Shown piece after piece: positions 12,001 through 20,750 of a stretch of 64,000 nt of DNA. The stretch's first letter is position 1. Each line of letters begins with the position of its first letter. Source of the stretch: a virus (Duplodnaviria > Caudoviricetes); the IMG/VR virus record IMGVR_UViG_3300042431_000223, positions 11,006 to 75,005 of that record; one strand, written 5' to 3'. Under the pieces are notes generated by a model. The model was not told where the DNA came from, did not search any database, and saw only the letters and a program-made list of their open reading frames with translations. The position numbers and the translations under genes are program-made.

Positions 12001-13402
12001 TCTTGTTAAAATCTACTTCCTTACTTAACAAAGCAAATTGATTTTGCAACTCTTCTGCCTGTTCATCTGTTAAGTTTGGATTCTTACTTTGTTTAATTAA
12101 AGCTTCTTGTTTTTTTACAGAAGAGATAATATCGTTAGTTAACTCATTTATAATGTTTCCGCCAATCTTAGCATGAGACTCAATCAAGTGACCTTTAACT
12201 TGATTATATCTAGTTTCATCTTCTTCATCTCCTGTTAAAGCAGTTCCTTGAAGAAAACGATTTAAAGCCATTTCGTTTAAAACTTGTGGTCCTCCTCTTT
12301 CTATATCTTTTTGAGTTAATGGTTTATCTAAATACTCTTCTTTATAAACATTTTTAAGTAAAGTTGAGATATCGCTATTAACTACTCCTAACCCACCAGC
12401 TTTATTTTTATATCCATCTAGAGATTTTAAAAACTCATCGTCATTTGTATATTGACCTCTTAATGCTTTAATGTTTGCAGTGCTTTTCTTTGCCTCAAAA
12501 GCATTTGCTTTCTCAAGATAAGTATCCTCAATACCTCTTTTTATCTTTTGCAGTTCTGCTATTTGAGTTGTTGTTTGAGGTCGCACTTTAAGATTATATT
12601 CTATAGCCTCATTTGCACTCTCTTTGTCTTGTGATCTACCTGCCGCACCTTCATAATAGACTATATCTTCGTTTAACCTTTTTAGTTTGTTGTTTACTTC
12701 TTCTAATAAAAGGTTTTTACTTTTTTGTAAAGTTTCAGGGTCTTGAGCAGTTAAGAAATTTTTAGTCATATTTTCTAATGACTTAGTTCTTTCTTTACTT
12801 TGTAAATCAGCTTGGGCTTTTTGTTCTGGACTTGTATATTGAGAAAAATCAACAACTTTTCCTACTTTAACTATAGGGCTATCTAAATTCTTGACTGTGT
12901 GAAGTATAGCTTGGTCTAAAGGTTTTACATCACTTTTTAGTCCCCAACCACCATTATATAATTTTTTATCTATGTAGTTTGTATTATCAATAGGAGTAAT
13001 TGCTTCTTGTTGAGCTAGCTCTGCTTTAGTGGGCATAAACTTATCATCAAAGAAAGTTTTAAGTTTCTTTGGTCTAGGAGGCCCAACTAAATTACTTGGC
13101 GCAGTACCTTGAGGAGCCTCAGGCATAGCCATCATATTCTTCAAGTAACTTCCATCTCCTGTGTTACGTGTGTATGTTCCAGCCTGAATACCACTACTTA
13201 AACTAGGCACAGGACCAACTTGCGTTGAAGGACTAGGTAAGGGAGCCGCACTATAACCTCCTTCTAAAGCTTGTTTATTGTAGAAGTTTATTCTAGTTTG
13301 AGCTGCTTGTATATCTACTTTGTCGGCCTCTGAAAATGCTGCACTAGTGCTAACACCTTTTGACATCAAGCCAATAGCTTTAATTGTTCCTGGAGTGTAC
13401 AT
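6014..13402 (-). CDS. Giant virion cargo/ejection protein (2462 aa) with central hydrophobic helices and C-terminal PD-(D/E)xK nuclease-like domain
   Basis: Size and position next to the vRNAP as in crAss-like cargo loci. Gly/Ala-rich hydrophobic segments at about aa 600-860. C-terminal GVAGAMDIVAVDADGGVHIIDFK...QQTTY. Confidence 0.7.
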   Translation of the reverse strand: MYTPGTIKAIGLMSKGVSTSAAFSEADKVDIQAAQTRINFYNKQALEGGYSAAPLPSPSTQVGPVPSLSSGIQAGTYTRNTGDGSYLKNMMAMPEAPQGTAPSNLVGPPRPKKLKTFFDDKFMPTKAELAQQEAITPIDNTNYIDKKLYNGGWGLKSDVKPLDQAILHTVKNLDSPIVKVGKVVDFSQYTSPEQKAQADLQSKERTKSLENMTKNFLTAQDPETLQKSKNLLLEEVNNKLKRLNEDIVYYEGAAGRSQDKESANEAIEYNLKVRPQTTTQIAELQKIKRGIEDTYLEKANAFEAKKSTANIKALRGQYTNDDEFLKSLDGYKNKAGGLGVVNSDISTLLKNVYKEEYLDKPLTQKDIERGGPQVLNEMALNRFLQGTALTGDEEDETRYNQVKGHLIESHAKIGGNIINELTNDIISSVKKQEALIKQSKNPNLTDEQAEELQNQFALLSKEVDFNKKLITKVAEIHDPKNYRSNSELKGFLTSYLDLEDKKQAKAEIQFGETNWKKAGFTTWRTGQHLFSGAALIPGQMVEAVGKMTGWDWLETKSRRFNNMVTVDELVNFERVNKKGQFQTTADYTFIDESGEKHYQPSTLLYQGAQMTPLVISTLVGGTGITALAGRGLSAGMTTLIGKGLMSATRAKQFTQILGATNSYSKAFQTVTAASKNPLVNLLSQRVPGAIAMGSIIYPQTYVSTYNDLYERGVENASAKAHAVAGITTSIEVFTENVFPEMRYLDDFAEAGVLGKAWRGSFQQYRTLYGNVFGDAFSPKALDYLATRSLALAGKGGAVGRLMISRGAEEGLEEVTAEILNVAASNLGLANLQAKPKEELTLEGIESAFAGAFVSFPFGVKNQLKQYKENRKYGEMYDIMLNSQYYKNKVQEAVKAGEMSQDKAAQVISKIQELESVEKEYGISKLRNARAGKVTQLVDLMEDPNFQFDYFKNVLKQKSIEEKLTGLEKNTYTPEQKEELLKQAEEASKKISEYKERADFYSQMTDEDKKAVLDDNVKKKLGLGRLSTTSNLESVEKEVDDFTALAIAEERPQYFVDSMREYRDSLSTLIQERKQAEENAIQAGTYNPIVDHIENTNTTTNLESISSEEELINALAQAYLAPDRGKDLISFLNGYFDQQLEALEVEQERHIDAYLQTVLGENYNTINQTAEQGVDENSSYDRDEAIEQLNDEQNAELEAIVKEYSDQFEDIANRKTEVDGILKKAITKVIPRELLEIEDQEERDQKQTEWWQGIVNQSNDLGIALTEVIENADSFPQSVFYDTGSFLDFTDGNRKDIDKKVEERRQRREAAQPTDTSTEARETVTTEEIDSETGKTIEVTSPELLPSDVTPEFTEAVEMLESMPETEVVTTQNETEAELVTTEEYSKERAVIIANLLGDILESDSLEAAQAKMRVVMEAAGSTPEDIVKTLELMEAMANDKPLFEEDYTHMFEMLLIKANMDTSKLKFAPRVVEPIIEDPIVDLEESTAASTDDVAAIEKPRSAGGRQLNLLENQPRLTPEELAAREEQERIQREEDARRREEELQDAIADEQLYMEYQMEKEAFLSGVGDLPPIAQALDEMRVTRDSFVAFSDKANLQGREGKAIIFGYLGKKGEGFSLDRIAQRATDLNGGQEISPQDLIDFILQYPGGIGGVTSKSPTTFYGSMNPDTDPRYSSIRDLIAKKKKDARAKKSKKAKTIIEAPVSPFDTDFNVGTTEVNYKASNAETNPEPPKNEEQVSQVNNQTQLMETSPVFIPNSENHKDAKHAGVQEKITRTIDKEHRTTNTSIVDLFTVIEQVLGESTLQQMETIFNEVKSKPTPERLAQLKLEFMGLFPEGFMKASALNYMFDSQMIGNVSRVDVNQQTQINKNATQAEIFALNKARKNAKGEWEPKTVAQINLKDGRVVRDVEVLSKNDRILFLKKTPILDAEGNPMLDSKGNEMFDKQWFPFLDVKDPETVLTFPIIASEGIDFKDLNALTFTAVDTEGRVQKFDSEGNKTNNGNQALLVYLPTSKQGKGEVTSQQKAMDGLRGKVKEGERVNKGVQLNGRPRVDKKQDKDGTITRSLVYEFFTDEMIPVTESLSPVETKKSEKVTRVIVNADSQNKTIESLNKLVAKAKTIPDPDKVGYIIDGEKYERQSGFTKRTLGDADTNGVETGEPTENKELMELGAAVGNLLDIIGRDVLGGRTLKSREEYIKEAEGMGKVLRDGKGYKLELTQEQFDAAVKELQEFKKELNRNGYQLFTEGLVVYRKFTDAEKLATGYAGVAGAMDIVAVDADGGVHIIDFKNKKFRNEQHFKNGLYISTDKIPSNIKKWGSQQTTYAILSEDFDLPVVSINIYAYASQYEVNDGVITINMLTQAANRVPVLPQNKSDISDAVIKLTYDKNVMTQLDLRTANPKASQPINISENQINQIKESNKEFTDSEAKNALLILNSLGLTLGDTKDLDERDHTPETKNPPPCN

Positions 13403-13415
13403 TCTTTAATTTTAG

Positions 13416-15146
13416 TTAACCTCTTCCTGTTGTATCTGAAGTGCTTGGATTATAGGAACCTGTTGTTGTAGGCTTATATCCACTTGTTCCTGTTCCTGTT
13501 CCTGTTGTAGTAACTTCTAGTCCAGCTTTTAATTTTTCTTTAGCTTTCTTTGTAGCTTCTTCTTCACTTAACCCTCCTGCTACTCCTTCTGATATTAAAT
13601 CTTTTAGTTTTTTCTGTCCGCTGTTATCAGAAGACTTTCCTCTAGGAGAATACTTCATAGCATCTACAGTCATACCTGACTTAAATATGTCGGTTATAGG
13701 AGCAGACAAGAAATCTTTTACAGAAGTCTGAGTTTGTCCAAGTCCGTTTGCCTTATCAAAGATAATCACATCTTGACTATTTGGATTACTTTCATAACTC
13801 TGATAAATCTTTTGTAAAGTCGTAAGATTATCTATGTAACGTCTTTTGTTAATATCCGCAACTTTATCGTTCTTGCTAATAGCTGCAATAAGAGAATTAA
13901 TCTGTTCAGACTTGCTAGCTTTAGTATCTAACTTAAAGTCTTTAGGAAGTACAGTAGTACTCATAACATTCTTTAAATTGTACAAAGATGCTTGCATTTC
14001 AGGTACAAAGTTTTCTTGTTGGAACTCAAACTGTGCAGTTAATCTTGCTTCTCGTCCAGTAGCACTAATTTGAGCCATTCTGTTTCTATGTTCTAGATTA
14101 GTCATAAAGACTTCATCTTTCTTCAAGTCACTCTTAACTTTTTCTACAGTTAAATTAGCAGCTATACCATTAATGAATCTTCTAGAAAAGAAAGGCAAGT
14201 ATTCTTCCATATCAAATTCATCAGGATTCATATTTGCGTTTTGAGTAGCCGCAGTTATTACCGCATCACTCTCTTGAATGATTTTATCAAGATCGTTAAG
14301 CTCTTGTGTTTGCTCTGCTGTCCTATTCTTTAAAGCGGATAACTCACTCTTTCTGTACATAGCTTTCTTTTTAGTATCTTCAAACATAAGCTTTTCTTGC
14401 TTGTTTGCTCCCACCCAAGTTTGATATAGTACATCTGGACCCAGGCGATACATTTGTGCTTGAGCATGAATTTGTAATTGGTTTTGTTCTTCAGGACTTA
14501 AACTAGCTTCAATACGTCTAGAAATCTCTTCTTGGGTTTTTCTTTCTATCTCTACTTTTTCTATGTACCCTGCTGGGCCTTGACGATAGATAGTTTGCAT
14601 TTGTGCTTGTACATCTTTTTCAATCTTACTCACTTTGTCTTTAACATCTATGTACTGCTGATAGGTCTTACCTTTAGCTACTTTAGTATCTAACCCTCCT
14701 TTCTCAATGTATTGGTTCATGTCGTACATATAAACTAAATCGTTATCTGTACTTCTTAAAGACTTATCCATACCTTCTAGCTCTTTTGCTCGTCTTTGAT
14801 ACTCTAACCCATTGTCCAAAGCATTTTTAATGTATTGGTCATTTTCAAAAGGTTTACCTAAGTTAATAACAGCTTCTACGTTATTTAAGTTAGAAAAATC
14901 TAACCCTGCATTCTCTTGAACATTCTTAACAAGTTTGTTAAGTTCTTGGTCAAAATAATTTCGGGCATTCTCATTTACTATAGTGCTGCGAAGTTTCCCA
15001 TAGTTATCTAGGTTTTGTTTAATTTGCTTACGTCCCTCATCAAACATCTCCTGCTTTTTCATGGCGACTTTAATAAAGTCGTCTGCAGGTAATGCATTTA
15101 CGTATTCATTAGTAACAAATCTATTATGTTGTGCTGCGATAGCCAT
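13416..15146 (-). CDS. Putative virion cargo protein (576 aa, helical/coiled-coil)
   Basis: Long ORF in the cargo cluster, A-rich Bacteroidota-type leader, coiled-coil character, Thr/Gly-rich tail. Confidence 0.6.
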   Translation of the reverse strand: MAIAAQHNRFVTNEYVNALPADDFIKVAMKKQEMFDEGRKQIKQNLDNYGKLRSTIVNENARNYFDQELNKLVKNVQENAGLDFSNLNNVEAVINLGKPFENDQYIKNALDNGLEYQRRAKELEGMDKSLRSTDNDLVYMYDMNQYIEKGGLDTKVAKGKTYQQYIDVKDKVSKIEKDVQAQMQTIYRQGPAGYIEKVEIERKTQEEISRRIEASLSPEEQNQLQIHAQAQMYRLGPDVLYQTWVGANKQEKLMFEDTKKKAMYRKSELSALKNRTAEQTQELNDLDKIIQESDAVITAATQNANMNPDEFDMEEYLPFFSRRFINGIAANLTVEKVKSDLKKDEVFMTNLEHRNRMAQISATGREARLTAQFEFQQENFVPEMQASLYNLKNVMSTTVLPKDFKLDTKASKSEQINSLIAAISKNDKVADINKRRYIDNLTTLQKIYQSYESNPNSQDVIIFDKANGLGQTQTSVKDFLSAPITDIFKSGMTVDAMKYSPRGKSSDNSGQKKLKDLISEGVAGGLSEEEATKKAKEKLKAGLEVTTTGTGTGTSGYKPTTTGSYNPSTSDTTGRG

Positions 15147-15149
15147 AGC

Positions 15150-18100
15150 TTATTTAGTTGATTTTTTAGGAGTGGTAGTTGTGGTTGCTTTTTTCTTAGC
15201 CGTAGTTGCAGGTTTTTTAGCTGCAGTTGCTTTGGTAGTCGTAGAGTTAGTTTTAGTAACTGAAGTAGTACTACCAGGAGCAGGGCTAGACGTAGTAGAA
15301 GTAGTTGTAGTAGTTGCGGCAGGAGTTGTTTTTTCAGTTGTAGTAGTTTTAGTTCCTGTCTGCTCGTTCTTTGTTGTTGTTTTTGTACTACTTGTATTAC
15401 TTGTTGTCTTAGTTGCATTGTCTACTTCAGGTAAACCGTTGTATCCATACTGAGCAAGTTGATCTGCAAACTCTTTAGAAGCATTGTCACTGACTTTAAA
15501 TGACCTAGTATTAGCATCATAATCAAAATTTCTAACAAAGTTGTTATACCAAAACTGCTTTCTTGCTTCTTCTTGTCTCCACACAGCTCTCTTCTGAGAA
15601 GCAGACGCAATCAAAGCTTGACGTTGTGCAGTTACCGCATCATCTGCAGATGCAATAAGGGTATTGTATACTCTATCCAAAGCCTGCATATCGTATATGT
15701 CTTCTTGGAATCTGTTTTGATTATTTACTTGATCTGCAGATGCTCTTTGCTGTGCATCAAAGTTTTGTTTCTCTGCATAAATTCTTTGCTTAGCCCCAAG
15801 AGTAGCAATAAATGCATTGTTAGGATCTGCTCCAGAATTAAGAGCAGCTACATAAGAGTTATCAATGTCTTGAAGTTGAGGTTGAATATTCAACGTCTGA
15901 GGCATTAAATAAGGAGCATTATAATCAGGAATAGCATAAGGGAACATTTGACTTGATGCCATACCATAAATCTCAGGAGCTAATTGAGGATAATCAAAAG
16001 CTTCAGGTTCAAACTTACCTGTACCTGCTCCTTGCAATTTAGTGTTATACTGTTTTCCTTTATCCTTATCTTTAACTACAGTTTCTCCTGGCTTAGTTCT
16101 TTCAGGTAAAGGTTCGTCTTCAAACCCAAGAACTTGTCCTAAATGAGTATTACCAGCTCGTCTATCGTCATCAGATATAGGCATGCCCAAAAAAACTTGG
16201 TCTGCTAAACCTTCAGGAGCAACTCTAAATCCTCTAAGTCTGTCTTTGTCTTTTCCTCTTTTACTTTCTGCTTTCTTTAAAGATGCAATTCCTTTGTAGG
16301 CACTTTGATACTTTTCTATAGCATCTAAGTCTACTTCTGGATTCTCAATTTTATATCTAGTATTTCCTTGAGCGTCTTTATAAGCAACAGGTTTGTTCTT
16401 TAAAAAGAATATACCATCGGGATTAATTTTTCCTTTCGCTACGTCTTCTGCAAATTGGGTAGATTCTATCCAAGTCTTATATTTCTCTGCTGCTTTTTGT
16501 CTCTGAATATTAGGATCATAACCTTTGTCTAATTGAACATCAAACAACTCTTCTTCTCTATTTATGCTTTTATAAAAATTACGTAAAGCAGTTAATTCAT
16601 TATTTCCATTAGATAATAAACTAATTACTTCGTTACCGTCAGATACTCGCAACTCTGGTCTATTTACCTCAGTGTTATACGAGTCTATTAACAAAGGATT
16701 TAACTCTTCGTAAAACTCGTTGTATCTGTTTACTAATAGATTAGTTGGATCATTGCCATACTGATCTGCTAGTTTCTTATTTGCAAAATCTCCTTGTCCT
16801 TCTACATAAAAGGTTCTACCGTTAGGTGCTTTTTTTCTATAAATTGAAGTTGGATCAGTAGCATTAGTTTTAGAAACATTTCCTGTTTCGTCAGCTAAAA
16901 CTTGCTTGTTTTGATTAGTTGCTGTATTTAACTCAGGTTGTGCAGTTGCTCCTAAATTTCCTGGTCCATCTAATCCTTGAGGAGCAGCTGGGTTAGGAGC
17001 TTGAGAAGCAGCTAAATTTTTCTCTGCTTGTACAGTTCTTTCTTGTATCTGTTTAGTTAAAGCCTCGGCTTCGTCTGCTTTAACACTTAAGTTTTCTTCA
17101 TTCCAACTAGAGTAAAGTGTAGGAAAATCTTTAGCCATTCTATTTTCGTACATATAACTGGGATTACTAAACATCCCTTGATTCCTCTGAAATTGTTTTT
17201 GTTGTTCTGGAGTCAAAACTACAGAAGCAGGTGTCTGTGTAGAATTTTCATTAAGTAGTCCTGTTTGTCCGACACGTTTTTCTTGCTCTTTGAACTCTCC
17301 GTTAGAGTTTCCATTCATAGCTTGTTGAATCTGAAATAACTGTTGTAGTTTTTTCATGTTCCTATCCATCATAACTTCTGCAGTAGTTCTATCTACTGCT
17401 TTAGCATGTGGGTTATCAAGAGTTTCTTTGTACTTAGTTATGTCGTATTTTTTAGCTTCTTGAGAAAAAGTCTTACCTACTCCTGGGACTTTTAAATGGT
17501 CTGAGAATACAATAGTGCCTTCAGGGAGTACAAAGTCTTCTCCGCCTTGTGAGTGTTTTTTACCTCCTACTAAGTACGTGTCGAGGTTAGGGAGCATAAA
17601 CATTTCCCCACGTTCTAACTCAGCTTCTTCTGCTCCTGAACTAGTTCCTGTACGTATCTCTGCACCATCCTTAGCATAAATTACAGATTGACTTCCTGGC
17701 CTTCCCATAAACTCATATTCGTTAGGCATGTATCTAGGACGGTCATTTAAGTTTTGAATACGTCCTGCTAAGTCTTCTCTAGTTTGAGCATCGTCGTAAA
17801 CACCTTTAGCAGCAGAAACTAATCCTGTTCCTGTACGAACATAATCTTGCCAAGTTGCTGCATTAGGATTTTTACCTGTTCTAGGTTTTTTTTCTACACT
17901 ACCTAAAGCTTGTTCTGAAGCAGCCTTTACTTCTTGATTAAACTCATCATTCTGGAAATTTCTTAATGAGTTAGGAGTAGAGGTAATAACTTCTGTTTCT
18001 CCAAGAATCTGATCTTGAGTACGAATATCATTAACATCTTGTCCTGCTGTTAAATCAGGAATTCCTGTGATGCCGTAAGCATTAGTTGTTTGAAAATCTT

Positions 18101-18368
18101 CCGCAGACATTGGGAAGTTTTTCTTCATCTTAGCAATCTCTTTCTCAGTATATTGTCTAGTAGCAGGAGATCTTAAAGGAAATTGTTTTCTATATGCTTG
18201 CTCAGCAGCAAATCGTGCCTCAAAATCTCCTGTAAGGTCTGTTACAACTGCTGTTAAATCTCGGCCTTTTAATTCTTCTGTAGGATTTGAAACTACAGGA
18301 TTAGTCTGATACTTCTTTTTAAAAAGCTCAGTTTTTAACCCCTTAACTCTATTTTTTCCAGTATTCAT
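15150..18368 (-). CDS. Putative virion cargo protein (1072 aa)
   Basis: Contains ELERGE...GGKKHSQGG...IVFSDHLK...TFSQEAKKY, a block I recognise from crAss-like cargo proteins. Thr/Lys-rich C-terminal tail. Confidence 0.6.
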   Translation of the reverse strand: MNTGKNRVKGLKTELFKKKYQTNPVVSNPTEELKGRDLTAVVTDLTGDFEARFAAEQAYRKQFPLRSPATRQYTEKEIAKMKKNFPMSAEDFQTTNAYGITGIPDLTAGQDVNDIRTQDQILGETEVITSTPNSLRNFQNDEFNQEVKAASEQALGSVEKKPRTGKNPNAATWQDYVRTGTGLVSAAKGVYDDAQTREDLAGRIQNLNDRPRYMPNEYEFMGRPGSQSVIYAKDGAEIRTGTSSGAEEAELERGEMFMLPNLDTYLVGGKKHSQGGEDFVLPEGTIVFSDHLKVPGVGKTFSQEAKKYDITKYKETLDNPHAKAVDRTTAEVMMDRNMKKLQQLFQIQQAMNGNSNGEFKEQEKRVGQTGLLNENSTQTPASVVLTPEQQKQFQRNQGMFSNPSYMYENRMAKDFPTLYSSWNEENLSVKADEAEALTKQIQERTVQAEKNLAASQAPNPAAPQGLDGPGNLGATAQPELNTATNQNKQVLADETGNVSKTNATDPTSIYRKKAPNGRTFYVEGQGDFANKKLADQYGNDPTNLLVNRYNEFYEELNPLLIDSYNTEVNRPELRVSDGNEVISLLSNGNNELTALRNFYKSINREEELFDVQLDKGYDPNIQRQKAAEKYKTWIESTQFAEDVAKGKINPDGIFFLKNKPVAYKDAQGNTRYKIENPEVDLDAIEKYQSAYKGIASLKKAESKRGKDKDRLRGFRVAPEGLADQVFLGMPISDDDRRAGNTHLGQVLGFEDEPLPERTKPGETVVKDKDKGKQYNTKLQGAGTGKFEPEAFDYPQLAPEIYGMASSQMFPYAIPDYNAPYLMPQTLNIQPQLQDIDNSYVAALNSGADPNNAFIATLGAKQRIYAEKQNFDAQQRASADQVNNQNRFQEDIYDMQALDRVYNTLIASADDAVTAQRQALIASASQKRAVWRQEEARKQFWYNNFVRNFDYDANTRSFKVSDNASKEFADQLAQYGYNGLPEVDNATKTTSNTSSTKTTTKNEQTGTKTTTTEKTTPAATTTTTSTTSSPAPGSTTSVTKTNSTTTKATAAKKPATTAKKKATTTTTPKKSTK

Positions 18369-18429
18369 TAACTTTAAATATTAATTAACTTTATAAGTTA
18401 AGTATACTTGAACTTAAAAAGTGTAAGTA

Positions 18430-18459
18430 CAAATATACTCTATTACCAATAAAAATCAA
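18430..18459 (-). promoter_or_regulatory. Bacteroidota primary-sigma-type promoter (TTG-N19-TATATTTG)
   Basis: Minus strand reads TTGATTTTTATTGGTAATAGAGTATATTTG; the -7 box matches TAnnTTTG. Lies upstream of 18368. Confidence 0.7.
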
Positions 18460-18463
18460 GAGT

Positions 18464-18613
18464 TTACTTACCTTGACCTCTGTACGCCTTCTGATAATTC
18501 TTGCTCTGTTTTAACTTAGAAGATTTAGTCTTAGCGTGTACGCCAGGACGATTTACCTTTGGTTTTTCTTTATGCAGAGAAGAACTTGATGTAGTTTTAC
18601 TTTTAGTTGCCAT
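18464..18613 (-). CDS. Small basic protein, 49 aa (not in ORF track)
   Basis: Own translation: MATKSKTTSSSSLHKEKPKVNRPGVHAKTKSSKLKQSKNYQKAYRGQGK. Fills the gap between two co-oriented genes. Confidence 0.7.
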   Translation of the reverse strand: MATKSKTTSSSSLHKEKPKVNRPGVHAKTKSSKLKQSKNYQKAYRGQGK

Positions 18614-18635
18614 CTTATTAATTATGAATCAATAA

Positions 18636-20750
18636 TTACCACTTAACTTTATTAGCCCAGTACGCAGCGGAAGATTTTCCTTTAGCTATATTCTTTGCGT
18701 GACGTGCTTTAAATGCTTTGTTACGAGCAGAACCATCTGGAGAACCTGATACTCCCTTCTGTCCGAAACGAATTAACTTATAGTTACCATCAACCTTAGT
18801 TACTACGGCATGACTTTTGCCGCCACTAGTAGTTCTCTTTGGTTTGTCTACACCAGAGAATCCCATCTTCTTGTATCGTTTAGGAAACTGTCCTCCATTT
18901 TTCATGTAGTACATTTCTTTCAAACCACCATTACCAAAAGCAGTAGTAGGTGGAGGAGTATAAGCAGGTGTTCCATACATAGGACTTACGTTATGTACAA
19001 TAGCATGCTCTCCAGCACCAATACCTTGTTTAATAGCCTGATTAGAACCTACTTGTAAACCACGAGCAGTACCTGAGATTGCTTGTTGTGCTGCATTACT
19101 CTCAGCATTTAATAGCATAGGCATTGCTTTATTTCTGATTGCTTTACTAGTAGCTCCTGTTAAACCATGTTCTAAACCATGAAGTTTACTTCCAATTCCT
19201 TTACCTAACCCAAAAGAAATTCCAGCTGCACCTAAACCTTTCATAGCATCTCCAATATTTCCATCAGTAGATTGAGCTTCTTCAACACCACGCATACCCG
19301 ATGCTGCCATAGTCTCGGCATAAACCAAGGGATTCATGTAACTATCTACAAAAGATTTGCTTGTAGGTGAAGCTAATCCTGCTGTAACCAAAGGAGAACG
19401 AGTACTAAACAAACCAAGACGATTTCCTGAATTGGCATAGTTAGCATCAACTTGTTCTTTAGTTAACTTACTTGCATCGTAAGTATCGGTATCATAACCT
19501 GTACGAATTCTAGAACCTGTTTGGGTTTTATCTAGATTATACATTGCATCAAGTTCAGATGCTCTTGCATCTGATTTATTAAAAGCACCTACGTAGTCAG
19601 ATATCTTAGCATCATCTCCTAGACCTCCCATAATATCTGCATTGGAACTTTTGATTTGTCTTTGTTTTTCTGCCTCAATTTTAGCTTCGGCTTGTTTAGC
19701 CATACTCTCAGTAACTCTTGCTTTGGTAGCTCGTAACTCAGCTTGACCCGCAGCAGTTTTACTTTTAGCAATCATAGCTTGGTTTTTAGCAATTGTTTTT
19801 CTGTCTACTACATTAGATTGTACTCTAGTGTTATCACCATAAGAACGGTTATCTACTGTAGGGGGAATATATTTAGGAGCTGCTTTAGCTGGAGTTGGTT
19901 GCTGACGTACACTAGCTGCAGATGCTTGTGCAAAATTAAAACCAGGTTTGCTAGAGTCCATTTGAACAGGATTAAACCTTACAGCTCCATTTTGCATTTT
20001 ATAACCATACCTAGATGCAGTTTCTTTAGCTTGACCTACGTTACCTTTAGCAGCAGCCATGAAACGAGCACGTGCTATATCAGCTGGCATTTTACCACCT
20101 GACTGCATTTTCTTTTTCTCGTTAAGACTGTTTCTAAGATTGCTAATTCTATATGCTTCCTCTACTCTACTGTCCATTTCACTACGTGTATTTCCTACTT
20201 CATTTCCAAGCTCATCTATATAAGGTTTACCTAAATCTTGGTTTAACATTTGTTGATGTAACCTATAAGATAAATCTGTATCCATTTGTTTATTTAAATA
20301 GAACTGATTTTTATTTTTAGGATTTAAAACAATCGGAGCATCTTTTCTATTTGTTCGATTAAACATTCTATTGTACTCACCTCCTGACTGCATTGTACTC
20401 ATTGTCATAGCTTCCTGAAGTACGGACTGTCCAGCAGAACTTTGAGGCATCATACCTCCTACTTGCATCATTGCAGGTTGAGCAGATTGATTAATCATAT
20501 CTACTACAGGAGATCCTGACATTCCCCCCATCTGCATGTTAGACCGAATCTTTGCTTGTACGTAACTAGGTAATGCCCTAAAACCTGGATTGTTTACTCC
20601 TCCATCAGCCATGTTTGATTTAATCTTTTTTTCTTGTTTAAGCATTTCAGCAGTAGGTTTTTTACCGCTACCTCGATTGGCCCGAATGTTGTCCCAAAGA
20701 CCTCGTTGTGAGTAAGAGCCATCCTTACGTTTTATCATTTCTTTTTTCAT
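18636..20750 (-). CDS. Mosaic basic protein (704 aa) with repeated MQxGG motifs; probable virion internal protein
   Basis: ORF track. Basic N- and C-terminal modules plus eight MxxGG-like motifs. Confidence 0.6.
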   Translation of the reverse strand: MKKEMIKRKDGSYSQRGLWDNIRANRGSGKKPTAEMLKQEKKIKSNMADGGVNNPGFRALPSYVQAKIRSNMQMGGMSGSPVVDMINQSAQPAMMQVGGMMPQSSAGQSVLQEAMTMSTMQSGGEYNRMFNRTNRKDAPIVLNPKNKNQFYLNKQMDTDLSYRLHQQMLNQDLGKPYIDELGNEVGNTRSEMDSRVEEAYRISNLRNSLNEKKKMQSGGKMPADIARARFMAAAKGNVGQAKETASRYGYKMQNGAVRFNPVQMDSSKPGFNFAQASAASVRQQPTPAKAAPKYIPPTVDNRSYGDNTRVQSNVVDRKTIAKNQAMIAKSKTAAGQAELRATKARVTESMAKQAEAKIEAEKQRQIKSSNADIMGGLGDDAKISDYVGAFNKSDARASELDAMYNLDKTQTGSRIRTGYDTDTYDASKLTKEQVDANYANSGNRLGLFSTRSPLVTAGLASPTSKSFVDSYMNPLVYAETMAASGMRGVEEAQSTDGNIGDAMKGLGAAGISFGLGKGIGSKLHGLEHGLTGATSKAIRNKAMPMLLNAESNAAQQAISGTARGLQVGSNQAIKQGIGAGEHAIVHNVSPMYGTPAYTPPPTTAFGNGGLKEMYYMKNGGQFPKRYKKMGFSGVDKPKRTTSGGKSHAVVTKVDGNYKLIRFGQKGVSGSPDGSARNKAFKARHAKNIAKGKSSAAYWANKVKW

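Noticed and set aside
15061-15453. Val-rich, membrane-like plus-strand ORF and the Gln/Leu-rich 15098..15418 ORF
   Set aside because: Alternative-frame products of the Thr/Lys low-complexity tail of the 1072-aa protein.
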